Positions 53,331 through 64,000 of a stretch of DNA of 64,000 nucleotides are shown here, one piece after another. The translations under genes were made by a program, and so were the position numbers. The number at the start of each line of letters is the position of its first letter. Position 1 is the stretch's first letter. Below the pieces are notes generated by a model, which had not been told where the DNA came from, made no database searches, and was given only the letters and a program-made list of their open reading frames with translations. Location: NCBI RefSeq assembly GCF_001194135.2, contig NC_068984.1:33410347-33474346 (forward strand), read 5' to 3'. The stretch comes from Octopus bimaculoides (lineage: Eukaryota).

Positions 53331-54086
53331 GAAAGAGTAAAAGAGACAAGCCCAAAAAAGATAAGAATGAAAGCGAAATATTGGATATAGTCATTCAAAT
53401 ATTACAGAAATAAAATAAGGTTATATCTTTTTATTCCGTTGAGTTAATAGATATAGTTAACTTTTCAATAGATAGAAATTATATTTATCCCCGGGAAGAA
53501 TTCAAGAATATAAAAATCAATGAAAGCAATGAGATAAGGTGTGTGTATATAGATACAAAACTTATTCATCTCCTTATAGTACGTCTATTATGGTAGAAAA
53601 TTATTTGGTTTTCTTATAAACTGAAAACGGACGAAAGTTGCTTTAAGTGTAGAGAAAAATATTAACTGCATGGCAATATATGAACGCTTGGGAAATCTAT
53701 TTAGATTTAGGTTCCAATATTCTTTCACTCCTGTATTCCAGAAGGAAGAGAAAGCGCTTTATATCGTTCATCTCACCAACATATTATCAATTTAGTTGCA
53801 CCTGCAACAGCAAACAGATTAAAGATTAATTCTTTGGTGAATAATATTTAAACCAAAATCAAACTTTTCTACAAAATTATCTGAAGAATAAATGTCACTA
53901 TCAGATATATAATTAATTATATTGTACACTCAGTGTAATTTATCTTTTACTAAACTCAAGTTAAACAAATATAAACCGAAATATGTCTGTTGATTACATT
54001 TTGAAATGATATTAAAAGTGAATAAATATATAGATTATTTAAAATTAAACTTTTTATATCTGTACGTGCCAATATATTTGTTCATT

Positions 54087-54132
<46 letters not shown>

Positions 54133-54149
54133 ACTCTCTCTCTCTCTCG

Positions 54150-54206
<57 letters not shown>

Positions 54207-54481
54207 TAAGCGCATGCACATATATGCGTGTGTTTATACATGTATATATGTGTGTATTTGTCTTTTCAAAAATATCATGTAAGTATATATATGCATTTAT
54301 GATTATATGATTATATAACTATCTGTATACGTTAAGTGAAGAGAATACAAGAGAGAGGAATAGAGAACGTTTGTATAGAATATTTTGATATTTCCAGTAA
54401 ATGAACGTTTCCATAAAGGTTGTGTGTGTGATTGTCTGAGTCTATGTGCACGTGCGTGAGTGCGTGTGTGTGTGGATGTGC

Positions 54482-54535
<54 letters not shown>

Positions 54536-55247
54536 AAGAGAGGAAGGAAGAGATACTTTAATTTTGATGTGTAATTGACAACCACTTTATTCCGCACACA
54601 TATACCAACGAAATAATTACTTAACGTCTCATAAAATATACAGCCTAATTTAATATTTAATATTAATATCGACATATATTCCTTGCATTAATACCGTAGA
54701 TAGTAATAAATAATTCAATCATTATGATATGAATAGTGTTAGTAAATTATTATTACGTACTCGAATCGTACAGTGTATTTGTTTATGCATTTTATATCGA
54801 TAATATCGATGATAACAGAAGTATAAGAGTTCGCACTTACTATTAATAAGGTACTGAACTTAATTTAATACTGATGCGAATCTACAAGAAGCACAGGTCC
54901 GAGACTTACATATCTGGTGATTCATGGTTGTTTTCTTGATGTTATTGTTGTTCCTTTTGTGTCAACTGTAATTCAGCAGATTTATGATTAGAAATAATCA
55001 GATATTTCTCATCGTGTTTTCTTCTATATCAGCGACTAAATCTCCAAATGTATATGTCATTGCTTTACGGAGATTCAACTGCTATTACGACAGGAATTTG
55101 TGCGAATGTTTGAAACACCTACTTTCTCAGAAATAAATAGAAGTTAATACGGCTGTAAAAACCAACGATTTATTGGTCACCTCAGAATTTTTAATGTTGC
55201 TTAATGTAGAGACGTATAGCGGGTGCAATGTCTATCTAACACAAGAC

Positions 55248-55248
<1 letters not shown>

Positions 55249-55334
<86 letters not shown>
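55249..55334. repeat. (TAG)n microsatellite
   Basis: About 28 perfect units. Confidence 0.97.
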
Positions 55335-56626
55335 AATGGGACACACGCTGTACCAGCTCGTCACTACCTTCACTGCTTTTTGGTGATTCGCTACGCCTGG
55401 CGTGTGAGCTTTTACACCACTAAGGCTGCAAACATCCAACCTATGTTAGTTTGGGTAATTGTTGCTGAAGAGAGTTTTATGGAGTTGGAGGGTGAATGCT
55501 ATGTCAAAATATTTTAGTCAACTTTGACGAGAGGAAAATGAAACGTTGGATCTATTGTTTGGCATGCCGGTCCTCACACAGCACAAGGAAATAGGTAATT
55601 GTGGACTAAATGAAATAACCAGAGAAACCCTGCAGTATAGGTTAGTCTAAACAAATAAAAGGAACCGCGTTTAATTGCTAGAAATGTATCAAATACAGCG
55701 AGACAATATCCATCCTCACTTATAGAAGCTAGGATTAAGCGTGCTAAGAAATTAAAATATTAAGAGCAACAAAATGTAACACCACACCTCATCACAAAAC
55801 ATTGCTGTATATATCGATTCACATCCCTAGAAACAATTAGACATACAACACTATTGCACCAAATATAGCTATGCTTACTAGAGATCCAAAAATGAACAAC
55901 ATTCAGGAAACATAAACTCATCAAATGCAAAAATCAACACACCTAACCCATAAACACAATTCCTCCCAACTCAAACGAAATACACCCAACTAAAACCGAA
56001 AAAGCCACACCCAAACACAACACAAACATTCCCCAAAATTTCTTTCACAAATCCGAATCCAGAAACGACATAAATCAACCATATAACACAAGCCTTCGAA
56101 GAGATACACACAGACCACTGAAGGCTACACCAGGATCCTTATAAAATAGTACACTCACCGGACCCACAATCACCATAGCATAAACAAAATGGCCTTTGGA
56201 ATCGAACCTCAGTTAAACTTTGGTATCCCAATTCATTTCCATTTACTAGTGCGTACAACTGGGCTAAATAAGCTAACTCTATATGTAATTATGGAAATCT
56301 CACCCACTAATCAGCCTCTAAATAACCACGCACTAGAAATATGCACCTATAAAAGGTCACACAATAGATTTTTTCAGCTTCTTGTGCCCCATGGAACATA
56401 ATATCAGTGCATTCTCAGGTATACTCATATGCATTAGCAATTAAGGGTTCATATGTCCAGATGAATATATCTTTGTGTAAACCTATACGTTATTATCTAT
56501 ATCTATCAAATGGAATAACATTCACTATGTGCATATTCGATGTGGTGTAACCATTGTTTGTAGAGTTATAAAGGTGAGTATTTGTGTGTTCGGATGAGTA
56601 TTATATAAAGTGTACACGCACAATGC

Positions 56627-56666
<40 letters not shown>

Positions 56667-56868
56667 NNNNNNNNNNNNNNNNNNNNNNNNNNNNNNNNNN
56701 NNNNNNNNNNNNNNNNNNNNNNNNNNNNNNNNNNNNNNNNNNNNNNNNNNNNNNNNNNNNNNNNNNNNNNNNNNNNNNNNNNNNNNNNNNNNNNNNNNNN
56801 NNNNNNNNNNNNNNNNNNNNNNNNNNNNNNNNNNNNNNNNNNNNNNNNNNNNNNNNNNNNNNNNNNNN

Positions 56869-56906
<38 letters not shown>

Positions 56907-59411
56907 GCATCAGCATGACCGCAGCTCTGAGCTGAAACTTTGAAATGAAAGAAATGAAATGAAAGTATGCATATCCACTCTCGCGCACACGCATTCATAC
57001 ATAGATGTAAATGTGTTTGTGTATGTGTGTACAAAAGTAGTTGTGTATGAGAATACTTTCGTGTTTGTACGAGTGAATTTCTCGAAGTACTTGCCATTTG
57101 GAGTCTTCACATCCTAACCTAACTCGCTATAGGCTCTCAGCATATTTTAAACATTCTCTTCAATATTACGATTTAAGATAAGTACTTCTCTCTGCATTGT
57201 ATATATTGTATAAGCACATGATTATAAACGGTTTTTATTGTTATTTTCATCGCATTTCATTTTTTATTTTTATTATATTAATATTTATATATGATTTCAT
57301 TCATTTACTTTTACATACTTTACATATGTATTCTCTTCTTTGTGCATTCAAAGTGAATGTCTTTAAATATATGATTTTTCTAAACTATATCAATGTGCGT
57401 TTATGAGTTAGAATTAAACATAACTTATTTGTGTGATGCATTTGGTTCACATATTTAAGTGTATAAATGAGTGTGTATTTCCATGTATATGTATGTCTGT
57501 AATTGCTTGAATGTGTACAGGCTTTACTGTAAAATGTAAGAAAAGTATATGTAAACTTTATATAAGTAGATTCATATGTGTAAGCATGGGTGGGTGCGAT
57601 GCACGACTAATATTACAAGATTACATATTCTTGTAACTTATCAGTTTATACCTTTAAAGAAGGACATGATAGATGTATATGAGCTATAAATGAATGTAGC
57701 TGTGCTCGCGTCTGTGTATGTATATATATGTATGCGTATGTTTGCATTTGTGTGTGTGTGTTTGTAAACTTTGGTAGATAGATAGATACATAGACAGACA
57801 GACAGATACATGGATAGATATAAATTGTTATTAACGTAAATAAGAGGAGGAATAGAAGAAATGAAGTTCAAAATGCACTGAGAATAAATTGGAGTTAATT
57901 AGATTTTAATTATGTTTTTAAATATAGGAATAAACCTGGCCAGTTTCACATTGGATTTTCAAAACTGAATGTTCATTCTGCCTGTTGATATAGTACGTTA
58001 CAGTATTTTTACAATAACGGCAAGAAAAAACATTATTCGTCACATAGGTCCATATAATATAGGTTTCAAATACATCACACAGTTTAAACTCCCAAGCAAG
58101 TGAGACACGTCACCCTAAGACGAACTTCAGGAGTTATGAAAAATGAATATCGAACGAAACGAGTAGCAAAATGCATTAATCGTTGACTTTAACATGTTAG
58201 ATAATTATTTATCTTCCATAAGAGATAGTGTTTCTGTCCATTACAAATAGTCAAGGAACTGGCATTGTCGCTGCAAAACTCCATCGTTTCTGCAGGGACA
58301 AAGATATTTAATTCCCTCTCTGCACATAATCTCAAGTTCTAGTGCACTGATTTGGTAAATATTTAACTCAGTTTACACTTTTCGTTTACCAAAGAGTTAA
58401 CTAACCTCTTGACATTTCCGTACAACAGTGTACTCTACGACGACATAAATAGTTGTCGGTTGACTTGTAAGAAGTAAAATTATTAACGATGTTCAAATTT
58501 GACTACTTAACAAAATACATCATGATATAAACTTTAACCTGCCGATATGAAATTGACTTAATTCTATAAGCAAGCTTCGCAAAGCTGTATTCTTGATACA
58601 GCCAGTGAAAACACGCATGCGTATTCATGTTGGTATTCTCACCATTCAGTAGGAACCGTGTCAGAAATGTTGAGCCAACTAGAGTGCGTCATCATATGGG
58701 TCAGCTTAATCAAACCTAAACTAGTGTTAAACAATAAGATTTCATTTGTCGGTAAAATGAAATTTATGTATAACTGAAACCAGTGTTCTCGCATAGTTCC
58801 GACACTATACACACCGGCTGCAAACACGAGCAAATAAATATCGCGACAGCAATGCCATCACCTGCAACAGTACATATACTTCATATCATGATATATTTAA
58901 TATAACTCATAACTAATTTAGTTTTCTGTCGGTATTCGTATGTTAAGAACTTATTACTTAATATATAAATTCATACATTTTTTCTAACATTTCTAATGCA
59001 TTAACTATATTAAAATGTTTCACTGTTTGTGAGAAAAAATATTATATCATTATGTGAGAGTTTAAAGTTCTTATCGAAAAAATAAATTAAAATAAAAGTG
59101 TGTATAGACCAACTTTGTTTTTTATCGTTTTAAAACGTTTAAGTTATTATCTTATATTTACACATTTTTAATGAAACTTCCTTATGAAACTCTTGCTTCT
59201 AGTAAGATTGAAATATCTAATGCACTTACGTCTAAAATATTAAATTCCGTTATCACTAATTAACACACGTAATCTAAATTAAATATATAAATATTAAAAT
59301 TATCTCCCTCAGAGTTATACACGTATCAACAGAAACTGACACACAAACAGTCACCACCATTTACATGCTTGATTCCACTCACGCATCCTCCTCTCTTTGT
59401 GTGTGTATGTG

Positions 59412-59444
<33 letters not shown>

Positions 59445-60058
59445 NNNNNNNNNNNNNNNNNNNNNNNNNNNNNNNNNNNNNNNNNNNNNNNNNNNNNNNN
59501 NNNNNNNNNNNNNNNNNNNNNNNNNNNNNNNNNNNNNNNNNNNNNNNNNNNNNNNNNNNNNNNNNNNNNNNNNNNNNNNNNNNNNNNNNNNNNNNNNNNN
59601 NNNNNNNNNNNNNNNNNNNNNNNNNNNNNNNNNNNNNNNNNNNNNNNNNNNNNNNNNNNNNNNNNNNNNNNNNNNNNNNNNNNNNNNNNNNNNNNNNNNN
59701 NNNNNNNNNNNNNNNNNNNNNNNNNNNNNNNNNNNNNNNNNNNNNNNNNNNNNNNNNNNNNNNNNNNNNNNNNNNNNNNNNNNNNNNNNNNNNNNNNNNN
59801 NNNNNNNNNNNNNNNNNNNNNNNNNNNNNNNNNNNNNNNNNNNNNNNNNNNNNNNNNNNNNNNNNNNNNNNNNNNNNNNNNNNNNNNNNNNNNNNNNNNN
59901 NNNNNNNNNNNNNNNNNNNNNNNNNNNNNNNNNNNNNNNNNNNNNNNNNNNNNNNNNNNNNNNNNNNNNNNNNNNNNNNNNNNNNNNNNNNNNNNNNNNN
60001 NNNNNNNNNNNNNNNNNNNNNNNNNNNNNNNNNNNNNNNNNNNNNNNNNNNNNNNNNN
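59445..60058. other. Largest assembly gap (N run), flanked by (TA)n; one of 12 gaps
   Basis: N runs near 2235, 25252, 35094, 36024, 38250, 39195, 46273, 49612, 53150, 56667, 59445 and 60840. Confidence 0.98.
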
Positions 60059-60110
<52 letters not shown>

Positions 60111-60116
60111 TTGGTT

Positions 60117-60147
<31 letters not shown>

Positions 60148-60217
60148 GTACATGTGTGTGTATTAAGGCTACCATTGGATTCATGTTAAGAAAGATGTCT
60201 TAATATCTTAACAATTC

Positions 60218-60402
60218 CTTCGCTTGACAACCGGTGCTGGTGTGTTTACATCCCCGTAACCTACGGTACGGTAAACGAGATACAATAAGTACCAAGCTTA
60301 AAACGATAAGTCCTGGGATCGATACCTTCAACTAAAAACCAAGACGCTGCTCCCAGCATAGCCGCAGTCTATTGACTGAAATAAATACAAGATAAAGAAT
60401 AA
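60218..60402 (+). mobile_element. SINE family B, 3' half
   Basis: cgcttgacaaccggtgctggtgtgtttacatccccgtaac..aagtcctgggatcga..ccagcatagccgcagtc..gactgaaata aligns to the reverse complement of 31560-31740. Confidence 0.88.
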
Positions 60403-60404
60403 AT

Positions 60405-60752
60405 GATGTGGCACTCCATCGGTTACGACGGTGCGGATTCTAGTTGATCCGATCAACGGAACGGCATGTTCGTAAAATTAAGGTGCAAGTAACTGAGCAC
60501 ACCATAGAGACGTGTAGCCTTCAAGTAGTTCTCTGGCAGATTCAGCGTGATACATAATTTGACAAGGCTGGCTATTTGATATATAGGTACCAGAGACAGA
60601 GGAGGAAAGAATAAGAGAAAGTTGTTTGTGAAAAAGTATAGCAGGGTTCGCCACCACCCGTGCCGGAGCCACGTGGAGCTTTAGGTGTTTTCGCTCAACA
60701 AACACTCACAGCGCCCGGTCTGGAATTGAAACCGCGAGTCCTCTGCCCTAAC
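60405..60752 (-). mobile_element. tRNA-derived SINE family C, head partly truncated
   Basis: Minus: gttagggcagaggactcgcggtttcaattccagaccggg (B-box-like)..gagcgaaaacacctaaagctccacg..tgatcggatcaactagaatcc..aaccgatggagtg; resembles a recalled octopus SINE. Family name needs a Dfam/Repbase search. Confidence 0.75.
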
Positions 60753-63050
60753 GATAAAAGATATATGTGGGAGTGTGTGTGTGCGTGCGTGTGTGTGTGT
60801 GTGTCTGTGTGTGTGTGTGTGTATGTATATATATATATANNNNNNNNNNNNNNNNNNNNNNNNNNNNNNNNNNNNNNNNNNNNNNNNNNNNNNNNNNNNN
60901 NNNNNNNNNNNNNNNNNNNNNNNNNNNNNNNNNNNNNNNNNNNNNNNNNNNNNNNNNNNNNNNNNNNNNNNNNNNNNNNNNNNNNNNNNNNNNNNNNNNN
61001 NNNNNNNNNNNNNNNNNNNNNNNNNNNNNNNNNNNNNNNNNNNNNNNNNNNNNNNNNNNNNNNNNNNNNNNNNNNNNNNNNNNNNNNNNNNNNNNNNNAA
61101 TTTAAACATTTTAAAATCTTTATATGAATTTATCAAGTAGTTAGCGTGAAAAACCTCATAAGGGACAAATTTATTAATTATTCCCTCTAAATATATTTAT
61201 TTATATATATTAAGGGCATTACTATACATAAATGCCTCAGGCTAGGAGGCACTCTTACAAATCAAAAGACATATATATATAAAACCAGGCGCAGAGGGAA
61301 AATTCAACCGTCACTAAGTTTGAGTATGCATGCCGGAGATCCTACATTGCTAGAAATAAAAGTTGAAATACTCTTAATGTTGTAGGAGGAGAGCAAAATT
61401 TGTATAAACATGCTGACAGGGAAGATAACCGCCCCATGGTTGACTGGAGTATCCCCAGACTACATCTAGTTTCCCCTTTGACTGTAAGCATCGTCACCGA
61501 GGACTCCTTGATCGGTAAATTCTCTTTACCATAAAAATTTATGGTTGATTTAGTGAAATGTTAATGCGTATATTAAAATTAATATAAACTGCCAAGTGCA
61601 ATGTGATACCTTAAAGGAAAAATTCAGTTATCACTAAGTGTGACTAAGGATGCCGAAGCATCTACATTGCTAGAAATAAGAGTTAAGGCTCAAATGTTCT
61701 TCAGAGAACCAGAGGCAGTTCGGTTGCTATATTGCATTCTTTTACGAAGTAACACGAAGTGAGGTGTTCTGCTCACGAACACAACATATCGGCTTCTTTT
61801 GAACCTTATAATTATGAGTGCAACACCTTAACCCCTAACACAGGTGCCTCTACTACACACATACACACGCACACACGCACACAAATATATGTATTGTGTG
61901 TACGCGCGCGCGTGTGTGTCTGTGAGTGTGGTGTGTTTGTGCGTATGAGGAGCTTTTCAATATTTAACACCTTGTTCCCCAAACAATCACAGAATGATTT
62001 TCCATCGGTCCAAAGTTTAACAAACATATACCCTCGAAATATTAACTGACTATATTATCGAGAGCCATGTATTGGTTTTTATTTCTCATCACTGTGAAGT
62101 AATGAGAAGATTGTTGTCCCTTTTCTATATTAAGCAGCGTGGATATGATTAAAATTTGAATCAAGCGAACATCATTGCTGACTGAATTTTGTCCGATTTA
62201 AAAAAAAAACCCTACATATATTCAGATAAATATTTCCAGCCGCAAAAATCTTTGTATACAAACTACCTTTCAGAAAGCTATGATTTCTGTTCATTAATTA
62301 CATTTAATCATTAATTTTCATATCGTCCCAAGGTAGAGAATAACAAGGATATTTTATTGCACGAACACATAAAGATTAAAATAGCAGTATCCTGGGAAGT
62401 GCTTTCTTTTCTATGTCACAAAAAAAAAAAAAAAATTGCTGTACGTATTTCGTCTATTTTTTTTTTTTTTTTTTTTTTTTTTGAAAAAGATGATTTTACG
62501 GAGATATAGCTAGATTTCAACCGAATAATGGGAGTGAATGAACTGTGCATCCGGAAGCGTTGTTCATAAATCAACAATATCATATCAATAATCAACATCT
62601 ACAACTCGGATTTACAATAATGTATAATGGTAATACTATAAAACAAGATAAATTTATTTAATCAGCTAAAAGCATATATTTTATTGAACACCAAACGGTA
62701 CTGCTACTAATATCAAAATCATTTTTGAAAATTATTATATACTCCTGAGCCTGCATTTTTCATTCGAAGTTCTTAGATGTTATTTAAAATCATCATAATT
62801 ATAGAGAAATGCATTTGTAATAGAATGATATTATATAGACGTATATATGTTTTTAAAGTTAACTAATCAAAGCTACGTAACCTAAGTTATCATGAGACTC
62901 TGTTTAATAGGTTTAGATAAGTTTATGATATTATAGAAAATACGGTTTTGTCTCTCACTTGGCTTTCTCTTATGTTGCCATATTTTGTTTTACAAATTCA
63001 TGAGTATTTTGACATCGATATATAGCAGAATTTATTTTTCAATCATAATA

Positions 63051-64000
63051 TTAGCTTGTCAAAAAAGTTCTTGCGGTTTTAAACATTTAAATTCAGATGC
63101 AAGTATCTCGGCTCAAACAAAACATTATTAATCGAAATAAGCACCATCAGATTCAACATACCTTTGCCAACACGAAACAAATTTATTTACGCCAGTAGCG
63201 TAAAAATCCTGCGTTCTGGTGGGGATGAAGTCGTTGAAGGCGTGTTTGGTATCGTCTAGGTGTTTGAAGCATTTCTCACGCAGGAAGTTGTCGAAATGCT
63301 TGAGAAAGTGAGTGGTAGTCGGTAGGCAAGAGGTCTGGTGAGTATGGCGGATGAGGCAGAATTTCGTAGCCCAATTCGTTTATCTTCTGCAGGGTCAGTT
63401 GTGCGACGTGCGGCCGAGCGTTGTCGTGGAGAAGAATTGTTCCTTTTCTATTGACCGATGCCGGCTGTTGTTGTCGGAGTTTCTTATGCATTTCATCCAT
63501 TTGCTGAGATTACATCTCCGCCGTAATGGTTTCACCTGTATCCATGCGAATGATGAAACCGGTCGCAGATTACCAAGCAGTCACCATGATCTTCTGTTGG
63601 TGCAACTTTGGCTTCGGGAAATGCCGAGGAGCTCCGTCGGCGTCCAATCACTGAGCTGAGCATCGCCGGTTGTCGTAAAGACTCCACTTTTTATTGCAAG
63701 TCACAATCCTGTAGAGAAACGGGTCGTTCTTGTTGCATAAAAGAAGGGAAGATAGCCCTTTATTATTTGTTTTTTGGATGTTGTTCAATTCGTGCGGCAC
63801 CCATTTCACATGTATTTTTTGTTTTTCTAATCTCTTTCACGTGGTTGGAAATTGTCATATACGTTACGTCTAATTCAGAAGCAGGCTCTCGAACATTTGT
63901 GCGTGGATGGGCTTCGACTAAGGCTCTTAGTTTATCGTTGTCAACATCCGATGGCCGAACACTACGCTTATCCTCTTCAAGACTCTCGTCATCACTACGA
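63051..64000 (-). mobile_element. Mariner transposon (Hsmar1/cecropia-like TIR), runs off the window end
   Basis: TA|ttagcttgtcaaaaaagttcttgcggtt TIR at 63051 (21/28 to the Hsmar1 TIR as recalled). WVPHEL, DPFLYRIVT, LLHDNARPH, HPPYSPDLLPT and a YFD* terminus at 63128. Confidence 0.96.

Noticed and set aside
55850-56420. A/C-rich strand-biased stretch, possibly a very old LINE
   Set aside because: No convincing RT motif could be read.
61668-61692. gctagaaataagagttaaggc resembles the SpCas9 sgRNA scaffold
   Set aside because: Short coincidental match in eukaryotic DNA, within a local direct repeat; no cas genes or array.
8-62049. Many ORFs rich in HT, CV, IY, SL, RE, poly-I, poly-N, poly-V or X
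   Set aside because: They are translations of microsatellites and N gaps, not proteins.

Overview
AT-rich eukaryotic non-coding DNA (large intron or gene desert), dense in repeats and microsatellites, with 12 N-gaps. The SINE families resemble, from memory, tRNA-derived SINEs of Octopus, so a coleoid cephalopod source is inferred, not proven. No host protein-coding gene, rRNA, true tRNA gene or CRISPR array could be identified, and most ORFs in the track are translations of (CA)n/(TA)n/(GA)n tracts. What the sequence supports is a fossil record of transposable elements: five decayed mariner copies, one near full-length Buster-type hAT, two Penelope-like elements (PLEs) of different types, fragments of R4/Dong, RTE and CR1/L2-type LINEs, and about 11 SINE copies from four families. 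The most notable signals are: (1) a complete minimal type-I hammerhead ribozyme motif at the 3' end of a PLE (33694-33739, minus) and a second decayed one (46002-46048); (2) an R4/Dong element that starts at a (TAA)n tract and is split by the hAT; (3) recurrent palindromes centred on (TA)n whose flanks are mirrored, the best being 96 bp with 1 mismatch (28177-28272); (4) a 1.8 kb nested and inverted SINE cluster with high dsRNA potential; (5) a few non-microsatellite hairpins, one pre-miRNA-like and one with Helentron/HINE-like architecture; (6) several unassigned exon-like segments. I found no clear evidence of a wholly new multi-gene system. All translations and alignments were done by eye.
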